A stretch of DNA of 64,000 nt from Candidatus Falkowbacteria bacterium. GTDB lineage: Bacteria > Patescibacteriota > Patescibacteriia > Patescibacteriales > WJLG01. The stretch covers positions 26,659 through 90,658 of the forward strand of contig CAVVFV010000012.1 of the NCBI GenBank assembly GCA_963747695.1, written 5' to 3'. Made by a program: the position numbers and the translations under genes. Below, piece after piece: positions 8,731 to 17,003 of this stretch; the stretch's first letter is position 1; each line of letters opens with the position of its first letter. The notes under the pieces were generated by a model. That model did not search any database and was not told the origin of the DNA. It worked only from the letters and a program-made list of their open reading frames with translations.

Positions 8731-9007
8731 TTCGATATACCATACTACATACTGCATACTACATCGATGCTCTTGACGAATTTTTTATATATGTTATTAT
8801 TGAATCAATCAAATAAAGCCATAGACAGTAGGCACAAACATAAGACCTACCGAGGCAAAAACATAGCTTAATCAATAAGCTTTTTGCAGTCTGTGGTTTC
8901 GGCCAGAGATTTTTTGTTTATAATGACAAATTACAAATTAGGAATTACAAATTTAGAAGATAAAATAATTTGTAATCCGTAATTTTTAATTTGTAATTGA
9001 TAAGAAT

Positions 9008-9535
9008 ATGCCTAAAACAAGAGCACAAAAGCAGGTGATCCTGGAAGGTTTGGCTGAGAAGGTGAAAGGTGCCAAGTCGGTTGTTTTCGCGAAGTTCGCC
9101 AAATTGGGCGCCAAGGAAAACGAAGATTTGCGCAAACGCCTCAAGGCCGAGGGCGGCGAATATTATGTCGCCAAAAAAACTTTGCTGAATCTGGCTTTCA
9201 AAAACAACAACCAAGAAGTGGATTTTAAGAATATGGATGGCCAAGTCGCCGCCGTGTTCGGCTACCAGGACGAAGTGGCTCCGGCCAAGATCGTCGATAC
9301 TTTCCGCAAGGAAATGGAAGAGCCGAAAATATTCTTCTTGGGCGGAATCTTGGAGAACAAGTTCATCTCCAAAGAAATGGTGGAAAGTCTGGCCAAACTT
9401 CCTTCGAAGAAGGAATTGTATGCCAAGCTGGTCGGTTCATTGAACGCTCCGGTTTCCGGATTCGTCAATGTCTTGGCCGGTAATCTCCGCGGATTGGTCA
9501 CCGTGCTAAAGGCGATTGGGGAGAAAAAAGTATAA
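9008..9535 (+). CDS. rplJ: 50S ribosomal protein L10
   Basis: L10 N-terminal pattern KQVILEGLAEKVKGAKSVVFAKF, precedes rplL. Confidence 0.9.
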   Translation: MPKTRAQKQVILEGLAEKVKGAKSVVFAKFAKLGAKENEDLRKRLKAEGGEYYVAKKTLLNLAFKNNNQEVDFKNMDGQVAAVFGYQDEVAPAKIVDTFRKEMEEPKIFFLGGILENKFISKEMVESLAKLPSKKELYAKLVGSLNAPVSGFVNVLAGNLRGLVTVLKAIGEKKV

Positions 9536-9541
9536 AATATA

Positions 9542-9648
9542 ATGCGAATACTACAAATTGTTCGCGAATACTACGAATAGATTTAACGAATTTAATTCGA
9601 TAAATAGTTCGCGGTATTCGCGAAAAATTCGCTGTATTCGCATCATGG
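9542..9648. repeat. Repeat family C locus 2 (inverted orientation relative to locus 1), inserted between rplJ and rplL
   Basis: atgcgaatactacaaattgttcgcgaatactacgaatag...cgcggtattcgcgaaaaattcgctgtattcgcatcatgg. Confidence 0.8.
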
Positions 9649-9725
9649 AATAAAGCTAATAAATCAAATATAAATAATTGGTTCATGATACATGATTCAT
9701 GTTACATGCTACCTGTAATAAAACT

Positions 9726-10121
9726 ATGGAAGACAAGAAAATTGAAGTTCCGGCCAAGTTTGAAAAATTGGTTTCGGAAATCGAAAAGATGAGCGTTCTG
9801 GATTTAGCCGAATTGGTTAAGATCCTCGAAGAGAAGTTCGGCGTTTCCGCCGCCGCCCCGATGATGGCCGCTGCCGCCGGTGCCGCTGCCGCAGCTCCGG
9901 AGGAAGAGAAGGATTCTTTCAATGTCGAATTGACTGAAGCCGGCCCCAACAAGATCGCCGTCATCAAGGCCGTCCGGACCGTTACCACTCTTGGTTTGAA
10001 GGAAGCCAAGGATTTGGTTGACGGAGCCCCGAAGATGGTGAAGGAAGGCGCCAAGAAAGACGAAGCCGAATCAATCAAGAAAACTCTGGAAACTGCCGGC
10101 GCGAAAGTCATCCTGAAGTAA
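9726..10121 (+). CDS. rplL: 50S ribosomal protein L7/L12 (start at ATG 9726 rather than track start 9699)
   Basis: Ala/Pro hinge [19 protein letters not shown] and C-terminal [27 protein letters not shown]. Confidence 0.9.
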   Translation: MEDKKIEVPAKFEKLVSEIEKMSVLDLAELVKILEEKFGVSAAAPMMAAAAGAAAAAPEEEKDSFNVELTEAGPNKIAVIKAVRTVTTLGLKEAKDLVDGAPKMVKEGAKKDEAESIKKTLETAGAKVILK

Positions 10122-10134
10122 ATACTTCTTCAAA

Positions 10135-10171
10135 TAAAAAAACGTCCTCGACTATGAGGACGTTTTTTTAT
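10135..10171 (+). terminator. Rho-independent terminator after rplL
   Basis: aaaaaACGTCCTCgactatGAGGACGTttttttt. Confidence 0.85.
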
Positions 10172-10189
10172 TAAAAATATAAATTACTT

Positions 10190-10443
10190 TATAGCGCGCA
10201 TTGGAAAATTTTGGATCAGACGCGCAGCGTGGAAACCGTGCAAAATTGCGTTGTCTGAGGAGGCGCCGCGCCGACGAGTATAGCAATTTTGCTAGGTTTC
10301 ATAGCGGAGCGTCCCAAAATTTGTCCAGCGCGCAGTTTTTTGCGCCACTTTTTTTAAAAAAAGTGGCAAAATACAGAATTAATAATGTTGGGAATGTACC
10401 CACCCGCCTCGCCGGGCTCGGCACCACTCCCGAGAGGGGATCC
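10190..10443 (+). ncRNA. Candidate structured ncRNA / complex repeat element, copy 1 (~255 nt; TATAAA-like box upstream, GC hairpin at 3' end)
   Basis: Homologous to 54220-54485 with compensatory substitutions in two helices; the 90-aa ORF across it is not conserved in copy 2. Confidence 0.4.
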
Positions 10444-10445
10444 TT

Positions 10446-12737
10446 CTATTTTATAACCGGAATAGGCATCTGATAAACCGAGTGATCGGCCAAGATATAA
10501 ATCTGCTTGTCCTTGTCGTTGACGGCAAAATCTTTGACATTATTAAGATCGGTGAAAATATATTGAGCCAGATAAGTGCCCTTGCTATTCCAGAGAATCA
10601 GCCGTTTGGCGGCGGGTTCGAACACGTAAAAATAATCGGCGGTGACGATCAGCCGGGTGGCGCCGGTAACGGGCGGATCGACCGCATCGAGAACCAGATC
10701 CTGTTTTTTGCCTTTGAGATATTTTTCAACCGTGCCGTTACTATATAAGACGTATAAATTTCCGTTATCATCGATATAAAGCGCGCTGGAAGAAGCAAGA
10801 TTGCCGGTCTGATTGAGCCATTTGGTGGGATTGACGAAAGCAGCGGCGCTGCGGGTGTAGCGGTAGATTTGCCCCAAGCTTTTATCCAGGACATACATCT
10901 TGTCGCTATAAGCTTCCAAACCGCCGATGTTTGCCGGCGTCGAAGGCAAGGCGATCGTCAGCAAGCTGGGTTGATCGGTTTTATCAAGTTGGAAGATATT
11001 ATTGCCGGATAAATAAAGAATATTATTATCCTGACCGGCCGAGGGGAGAGTGATTGGACCGGAAGTGGCGATACCCAGAGTATAATCCGCGGTTACGATG
11101 TTTTGTTTGACGTCGATTTTGAAGATCGCGTTATTCTGCGAATCCGCCGCGTAAACGATATTGTTGTTGAAAAAAATATTTTGCGGCTGAGCCGAGGCGG
11201 TCAGATTGGAAAAGTCGCCGATCTTATTCAAGCCGGAAATATTGTTGATGTTTTGGATTTTTAGCAATTGCTGTTTCTGTTTGTCGAAGAGAGCCTGGAC
11301 CGATTGCCTTTGGCTAGCTTCCGCGGCCGGTATTTGCGCCAGCAAGTCTTTATTTAAATTATAAAGTTGAGTGGCTTCCGTCTTGTTGCCGTAAACGAAA
11401 TCGGCATCGATCTTGTCCTGATTCTTGCCGATGGAAGCGACTAAGGCATTAAAATCGCGCAGCTTGGCGTCGGATTGATTTTTCTGATTAGTGAAGTATA
11501 AGCCGATAAAGAAGACGGCGATGCAGATGACAGCGACGACCAAGATTATTTTTATCTTCTTGCCGCTGATAACCAAAGGCTTTTTTTCCGCAGGCGTCGC
11601 CGGTTCGGCGGCCGGCATTTCGTCATCCGGCCGGCGTTGCAATATTTTGCCGATAAAGACGAAGAACGCCGCGATCAATTTACCTAATTTCTTGAAGAAA
11701 TCCTTGGTTTTTTCCGAAGAAATCAAACCATTCCTTTTTTTGAAGAAGATTTTTTCTTTCAAGAGGAACATTCCCCGCGACGATTTTGTTTCACGGGGTT
11801 CGGCTACGGTCGGCGACGGTTTGATTTTTTCGCTGATCGCTTTGGTCCATTTCTTCAGATTGACGATCCCGGCCGGAGTCATAATCTCCTCGGTTTTTTC
11901 TTCAGTGCGGACGATCTCCGGTTTATAATCATCGATTTTAATCTCTTCTTCCAGCCGACTTTTCAGTTCTTCGCCGGAAAGGGACATCGCCACCGTATTC
12001 TTAATGATAATTCCCAGAAAAGAAACATAAGAGTTGATCTGCTCGAGCAGATTGCGGATCTGTTCGGCGGCTCCGGTTGGGGAAAGCTTGGTAATGATCC
12101 TGATTAATTGCTTGTTGGACAGATATTCGGATAAAGCTTCGTTGATCACCAGAAAATATCCGCCGACCGGAATTTTGCCGCTCACCACATTGGAAAAGAG
12201 CTTGTTGATGTTCAAAGCTTCGCTTTCCGGAGCATCGCCGACATCAGAAATCTTGTATTCGATCTTTTCCGTTTCCGACGGCTCGCTTTCTTTTTGCTTG
12301 AGTGATGTTTTTTCCTTATAGATGAGGAGGGTCTTATTCTTGCCCGTGCCGGCAAAATATATTTCGTTTTTATAGAGTACGCAAATGCTGATATTGAAAG
12401 CGTAGGGGCTGATTTTCATCTTCTGCTGGGTGATGAATTCCGCCAAGTCCTTATTGGTTTTAGACAAGGCGCTTTCGAAGATGCTTTCCAGGGAGATCGA
12501 CTCGATTCTTTCCTTGAGGATGACTTTTTCGTTCTGGTAGTAGTTAAAGTTGATGTTATTTATCAAAAATTCCAGCAGTTTGGGAGCTTCCGAACCGGTT
12601 GACTGGATTTCCGCCAAAATAAAAAGCTTCCCGACCAGGGCTTCTTTCTGATTGTCAGGCTGGGCGATAAAAATGTCGCTGGCTGTGCCCGACTTCTGCT
12701 CATTATTCAATAAAATCGAAGCGATTTTGTAATACAT
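10446..12737 (-). CDS. Large membrane protein: cytoplasmic N-terminal domain, central TM helix, extracellular beta-propeller-like C-terminal repeats
   Basis: 763 aa; hydrophobic segment IILVVAVICIAVFFIGLYF; repeated NxxY/LYVL-type strands in C-terminus. Confidence 0.5.
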   Translation of the reverse strand: MYYKIASILLNNEQKSGTASDIFIAQPDNQKEALVGKLFILAEIQSTGSEAPKLLEFLINNINFNYYQNEKVILKERIESISLESIFESALSKTNKDLAEFITQQKMKISPYAFNISICVLYKNEIYFAGTGKNKTLLIYKEKTSLKQKESEPSETEKIEYKISDVGDAPESEALNINKLFSNVVSGKIPVGGYFLVINEALSEYLSNKQLIRIITKLSPTGAAEQIRNLLEQINSYVSFLGIIIKNTVAMSLSGEELKSRLEEEIKIDDYKPEIVRTEEKTEEIMTPAGIVNLKKWTKAISEKIKPSPTVAEPRETKSSRGMFLLKEKIFFKKRNGLISSEKTKDFFKKLGKLIAAFFVFIGKILQRRPDDEMPAAEPATPAEKKPLVISGKKIKIILVVAVICIAVFFIGLYFTNQKNQSDAKLRDFNALVASIGKNQDKIDADFVYGNKTEATQLYNLNKDLLAQIPAAEASQRQSVQALFDKQKQQLLKIQNINNISGLNKIGDFSNLTASAQPQNIFFNNNIVYAADSQNNAIFKIDVKQNIVTADYTLGIATSGPITLPSAGQDNNILYLSGNNIFQLDKTDQPSLLTIALPSTPANIGGLEAYSDKMYVLDKSLGQIYRYTRSAAAFVNPTKWLNQTGNLASSSALYIDDNGNLYVLYSNGTVEKYLKGKKQDLVLDAVDPPVTGATRLIVTADYFYVFEPAAKRLILWNSKGTYLAQYIFTDLNNVKDFAVNDKDKQIYILADHSVYQMPIPVIK

Positions 12738-12806
12738 TTTAACGAAAAATTAACCGCACAATGATTGACGGCTTCTCTATTATTATATTATACTATTGGT
12801 AAATAG

Positions 12807-12903
12807 GCAATTAGGTACTTAGGGATTAGGTGCTTAGGGGCCGTTTTAAATTGTTACGAGAAGGAATCAACAACCTAAGTACCTAGGCACCTAGGTTCCT
12901 AAT
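12807..12903. repeat. Repeat family F locus 1 (TTAGGTACTTAGG-based inverted repeat)
   Basis: ggcaattaggtacttagggattaggtgcttagggg ...35 bp... cctaagtacctaggcacctaggttcctaat. Confidence 0.8.
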
Positions 12904-12913
12904 AATCAATGTC

Positions 12914-13525
12914 ATGTTATCCAAATTATTCGGTTCAAATTCCCGGGTCAAGATCTTAAAAGCTTTTTTGTTCCACCCGGATGAAAGATATTATATCCGG
13001 CAGCTTAGCCGCGACCTTGCTTTGCAGGTAAATTCGGTGCGCCGTGAACTGGAAAATCTCGAAGATTTCGGCTTGTTGCTTTCGGAATCAAGCAGCGGCG
13101 CGGAAAATCCGGAGTCGCTCGAAGAAAAAAATTCCGACCGGCAGGAGAAAAAATATTTCCGCGTCAATAAGGATTTTCCGCTTTTCGAAGATGTCAAAGG
13201 CCTGATCGTTAAGTCGCAAATTTTGCATAAAGATGATTTTTCCCAGGATCTCTTGAAGGCCGGCAGCATTAAATTATTGGTCTTAACCGGAGTGTTTGTC
13301 AATGATTTCAAAGCGCCGACCGATATGCTGATCGTCGGCAAGATCAACAAGGACCGGCTTTTCAAGATTATCCGTGATCTGGAAAAGGAATTGGGCCGGG
13401 AAGTCAATTTCACTTTGTTAACAGCGGCGGAATTCAAATATCGCCGTGATATCGCCGACATATTTCTTTATGATCTTTTAGAAAAAGAAAAAATAATCGT
13501 CATTGATGAAATTGGAATAAGTTAA
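12914..13525 (+). CDS. Putative winged-helix (ArsR-like) transcriptional regulator with uncharacterised C-terminal domain
   Basis: KILKAFLFHPDERYYIRQLSRDLALQVNSVRRELENLEDFGLL HTH-like segment. Confidence 0.45.
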   Translation: MLSKLFGSNSRVKILKAFLFHPDERYYIRQLSRDLALQVNSVRRELENLEDFGLLLSESSSGAENPESLEEKNSDRQEKKYFRVNKDFPLFEDVKGLIVKSQILHKDDFSQDLLKAGSIKLLVLTGVFVNDFKAPTDMLIVGKINKDRLFKIIRDLEKELGREVNFTLLTAAEFKYRRDIADIFLYDLLEKEKIIVIDEIGIS

Positions 13526-13568
13526 TCAGATATTTTTTATTCCGTTCTTTCTATTTAAGGAGGTCGCA

Positions 13569-13760
13569 ATGTCAATTTTGGGAAATGACAAGCCAGCTGT
13601 TTATCCCTCGGCTTTTAAAAGAGTGTACGAGGGAATCTATGGTCGGCCAGTGACGCCGCTGCAATTATTGCGAGATAACTGCGTTCTTGCCCGGCGCGCG
13701 CTGGAAAAAAGGATCAGGGAACGGGCTTTGAAAAAGAGTGTGTCGAGGAGAAAGAATTGA
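13569..13760 (+). CDS. Small basic hypothetical protein (63 aa), starts MSIL
   Basis: Strong SD aaggaggt 7 nt upstream. Confidence 0.4.
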   Translation: MSILGNDKPAVYPSAFKRVYEGIYGRPVTPLQLLRDNCVLARRALEKRIRERALKKSVSRRKN

Positions 13761-13784
13761 AAAAACTTTTCCAGGAGGCTGGAT

Positions 13785-13979
13785 ATGTCGATTTTAACTG
13801 AAGAATGCGGATCGAATATTCCGCCTTGGTTCGGGAAGAACATCAAACCCCGACCAAGCGCTTTGGAACTAGTGATCAGTCATGCCAGGGAATTCCTAAA
13901 AGTCCATGAAACGGTAGTGATTCGGAGATATGGGAAGCGTCTGGCGGCCAAACCCAGAAAAAAAAGAAAAACAGGGTGA
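13785..13979 (+). CDS. Small basic hypothetical protein (64 aa), starts MSIL; tandem with previous
   Basis: SD caggaggc upstream; Lys/Arg-rich C-terminus. Confidence 0.4.
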   Translation: MSILTEECGSNIPPWFGKNIKPRPSALELVISHAREFLKVHETVVIRRYGKRLAAKPRKKRKTG

Positions 13980-14004
13980 CCGCCTAAGCCGGATCACCCT
14001 TTTA
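13974..14004 (+). terminator. Rho-independent terminator
   Basis: GGGTGAccgcctaagccggaTCACCCtttt overlapping stop codon. Confidence 0.6.
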
Positions 14005-14056
14005 TTTAAGCTTAATTCGACTATTCAGCTAGAAGTATGGCAAAAAATTTGGGTTA

Positions 14057-14085
14057 TTGACCAGTGTAAAAAAATTTGATAAAAT
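14057..14085 (+). promoter_or_regulatory. Putative sigma70-like promoter (TTGACC-17-TAAAAT) upstream of the atp operon
   Basis: ttgacc agtgtaaaaaaatttga taaaat. Confidence 0.4.
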
Positions 14086-14156
14086 GATTACTCAATGAAA
14101 ATAAATTAATCCGGCTCCGTTCGAGCAAAGGATTTTATTTTTGTTATAAAAAAAAT

Positions 14157-14447
14157 ATGGCAGTTGAAAAGACGGTCGTGGAAAAAGGCGCGAAAGATTT
14201 TGCCATCGGCATGGCCGTTTACAGCAGTGCTTCAGTCTTGGGACCGTTGATCATCTTCGGCGTCATCGGATATTTTTTAGACAAGGCTTATCATGGCCGG
14301 CATTTGATCCTGCTGATCTTTATCGGCATCGCTTTCATCATCAGCAATATTTTGATCTTCCGCAAAGCTTTCGCGATCACGGCCCAACTGAAAAATTTTA
14401 AAGGCAATGGCAAGAACGGATATGATGATGAAAATGACGATGATTGA
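14157..14447 (+). CDS. Small two-TM membrane protein, AtpZ/AtpI-like by position upstream of atpB
   Basis: Two hydrophobic helices, acidic tail; synteny only. Confidence 0.4.
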   Translation: MAVEKTVVEKGAKDFAIGMAVYSSASVLGPLIIFGVIGYFLDKAYHGRHLILLIFIGIAFIISNILIFRKAFAITAQLKNFKGNGKNGYDDENDDD

Positions 14448-14462
14448 TTACGCAGATAATCA

Positions 14463-14589
14463 TTTGTCATCCTGAGGCCCCTGGCCGAAGGATCTGATCC
14501 TTCCCGTGTAAAAAAAAGTTTGTTTTTAAGATAAATTTTGTGCGTCCTTGGAAGGAGCAGATCCTTCGCGCGGCGCTCAGGATGACAAA
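14463..14589. repeat. Repeat family K locus 1 (TTTGTCATCCTGAG...GAAGGATC / GATCCTTC...CTCAGGATGACAAA)
   Basis: Inverted arms at 14463-14494 and 14560-14589; relatives at 19925-20070 and 63091-63142. Confidence 0.8.
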
Positions 14590-14593
14590 ATAA

Positions 14594-15331
14594 ATGAAAT
14601 TAGAAATTTCCATATCTCCCGAAGCGGTATTTCACATCGGTTCCTTCCCAGTAACCAATTCTTTTTTATTGATGGTGATTGTAACCTTATTCTTGGTCGT
14701 CTGCGTGATTATTTTAAATAGAAAGATCAGAATGATCCCGAAAGGTTTTCAGAATCTGGTGGAAATGCTTTTTGAAGGCGCGCTGGATTTTGTCGACACG
14801 ATTATGCTGGATAAAGAGAAGTCGCGCAAGGTTTTCCCGTTTGTCTTTTCTTTGTTTATTTTTATTCTGATCGCCAATTTGGTTAATTTCATTCCCGGCC
14901 AGGCGGCCTTGACGATATATAACGGCGCGAAGTTCGTACCGGTTTTCCGCGGCGTGATGGCGGATTATGGCATGGTCTTCGTTCTGACGATGATTTCCTT
15001 TATCACTGTGCAGGTCGTCGGCGTGATGATGTGCGGTCCGTTCGGCTATTTGGGAAAATTTTTCAATTTCCATAGTCCGATCAAGCTTTTTGTCGGCATT
15101 CTGGAGTTGGTCGGCGAATTCGCCAAGATCCTTTCCTTGTCTTTCCGGTTGTTTGGAAATATCTTTGCTGGTGAAGTCTTGTTGTCAGTTTTCTTATTTT
15201 TATTTCCGTTTCTGCTGCCTTTGCCGTTCTTGGCCCTGGAATTGATCACCGCAGTCATTCAGGCGTTCGTCTTTGCCGTTTTGACCTTGGTATTCATCAA
15301 GATGGCGGGGGAGACGGCAGAAAGTCATTAA
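14594..15331 (+). CDS. atpB: F0F1 ATP synthase subunit a
   Basis: Polytopic; conserved Arg context LSLSFRLFGNIFAGEV. Confidence 0.9.
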   Translation: MKLEISISPEAVFHIGSFPVTNSFLLMVIVTLFLVVCVIILNRKIRMIPKGFQNLVEMLFEGALDFVDTIMLDKEKSRKVFPFVFSLFIFILIANLVNFIPGQAALTIYNGAKFVPVFRGVMADYGMVFVLTMISFITVQVVGVMMCGPFGYLGKFFNFHSPIKLFVGILELVGEFAKILSLSFRLFGNIFAGEVLLSVFLFLFPFLLPLPFLALELITAVIQAFVFAVLTLVFIKMAGETAESH

Positions 15332-15361
15332 GTAAAAAGTAATAAGTAAAAAGTAAAAAAT

Positions 15362-16033
15362 ATGGCAAACGTATTTAATGACGATGCCTATAAAAAAGAA
15401 ATCCAGACGAAAATTAAGCATGTTTTTGAAGAAAATGGCAAAATATGTGTCGATCTTGACGATAACATTTTTTATCCCAAGGGCGGAGGTCAGAAAGGCG
15501 ATAAGGGTGTTTTGATCTATGATGATAAACGGATAAAAGTTGTTGATACCATAAAAGATCAATATGATGAAGCTGGGGCAATATTGATAGTTGAAACAAA
15601 ACCAGAAGAGGGAATAATCGGAAAAGATATTACCGCCAAGATTGATTGGGAATTTAGGTACCGGCAAATGAAATTACACTCTGCACTTCATCTGTACCAT
15701 TGCTTGATTGAAAAAGTATTGGGTAAAAAGATTAATAATCCGATAACCGCTGATATTCAAGATTCATTTGCGTTTAGTCGTTATGAAAATCAAGATATTA
15801 CTGAAGAAGTTGTTAATTCTGCCACAAAGGAATTAGTTAATTTGATCAGTCCCGGGGCGGAAATAAAAACATATCCGGATCCGGAGAAAGCGGGTTGGCG
15901 ATGGTGGGAATGTCTGGGTTATAAAATTCCTTGCGGCGGAACGCACGTCAGAGATGCTAAAGAAATAGGTAATATTGAAGTAAAATTTTCAACGAAGAAA
16001 GGCAATCCCACGATAAATATTTCATTAATTTAA
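15362..16033 (+). CDS. AlaX-like tRNA editing domain protein (threonyl/alanyl-tRNA synthetase second additional domain), low-GC insertion in atp operon
   Basis: Zn-binding HxxxH (HSALHLYH) and CxxxH (CGGTHV) motifs; visibly AT-rich relative to neighbours. Confidence 0.6.
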   Translation: MANVFNDDAYKKEIQTKIKHVFEENGKICVDLDDNIFYPKGGGQKGDKGVLIYDDKRIKVVDTIKDQYDEAGAILIVETKPEEGIIGKDITAKIDWEFRYRQMKLHSALHLYHCLIEKVLGKKINNPITADIQDSFAFSRYENQDITEEVVNSATKELVNLISPGAEIKTYPDPEKAGWRWWECLGYKIPCGGTHVRDAKEIGNIEVKFSTKKGNPTINISLI

Positions 16034-16050
16034 TTTTATAAAATAATTAA

Positions 16051-16293
<243 letters not shown>

Positions 16294-16360
16294 AAAGCAG
16301 AGACGTTCAGCTCTCCGCTGAAAGCGCGAGGGCTGAATAACTTTATTTTTTAATTTTGAA

Positions 16361-16491
16361 AATGCTAATTAGTTATAATGCTAATTTTCGAATGATGCGA
16401 ATTTCGCGAATTCCCCTCTTGGGAGGGGTGCCGAGCCCGGCGAGGCGTGGTGGGTCATTCGTAGATTCGCATCATTCGTGAAATTAGCATT
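16361..16491. repeat. Family-C-like palindromic element with nested GC-rich hairpin module (16412-16454) identical to the 3' module of the 10190/54220 elements in reverse orientation
   Basis: aatgctaatt...gatgcgaatttcgcgaat TCCCCTCTTGGGAGGGGTGCCGAGCCCGGCGAGGCGTGGTGGGT cattcgtagattcgcatcattcgtgaaattagcatt. Confidence 0.7.
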
Positions 16492-16500
16492 GGAATTTAT

Positions 16501-16995
16501 ATGAAAATATTTTCCGCCTTTGGTTTGGATATCAAGATTTTGATCGCTCAGCTGATCAATTTTGCGATCCTGCTTTTTATCTTGTGGAAATTCGCCTATA
16601 AGCCGATGTTCAAGATTTTGGACGACCGCAAGAAGAAGATCGAAACCGGCATTGAGAATGCCGCTAAGGCTGAAGAAAAATTAAGAGAGATCGGCGAAGA
16701 AGAAAAGAAGATTTTGGTCGAAGCGAAAAGAGGGGCGGCGAAAATTCTGGATGATGCCCGTTTGATGGCCGAAGAAAGCCGCAAGAAGAATATTGACAAG
16801 ACCAAAGAAGAGATCGGCCAGCTGATCAATCAGGAAAAAGAAAGTATGCGTCAGGAAAAAGCGGAAATTCTGAAAAGCATCAACCGCGAAGTCGCGGATT
16901 TGGTGGTGGCGACGGTGGAGAAAGTTATCAATGAGAAAATGACCGGCGCTAAGGATGAAGAATTGATCAAAAAGGCGATTGGCAAATTAAAATAA
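16501..16995 (+). CDS. atpF: F0F1 ATP synthase subunit b
   Basis: N-terminal TM helix then long charged coiled coil; position in operon. Confidence 0.8.
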   Translation: MKIFSAFGLDIKILIAQLINFAILLFILWKFAYKPMFKILDDRKKKIETGIENAAKAEEKLREIGEEEKKILVEAKRGAAKILDDARLMAEESRKKNIDKTKEEIGQLINQEKESMRQEKAEILKSINREVADLVVATVEKVINEKMTGAKDEELIKKAIGKLK

Positions 16996-17003
16996 TTTTT
17001 TTA

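Larger units (their letters stand above)
8220..8765. mobile_element. IR-bounded cassette (GTAGTATGTAGTAAGTAGTAGGCAGTATGG ... CCATACTACATACTGCATACTACATC) carrying one small ORF and its terminator
   Basis: Inverted repeats at 8220-8249 and 8740-8765 flank ORF 8347-8682. Confidence 0.4.

Noticed and set aside
10190-10443. Possibility that the ~260-bp elements are tmRNA, RNase P RNA, SRP RNA or tRNA
   Set aside because: No tRNA-like T-arm (GGTTCGAATCC-type) or CCA end, no RNase P P4 / conserved blocks, and no SRP domain IV GGAA-tetraloop motif recognisable by eye; two copies would also be unusual for those RNAs. Not excluded formally without a covariance-model scan.
10201-10473. 90-aa plus-strand ORF within the 10190-10443 element
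   Set aside because: No equivalent ORF in the homologous element at 54220-54485; the frame is not preserved between copies; Arg/Ala-rich translation typical of GC-rich non-coding sequence.
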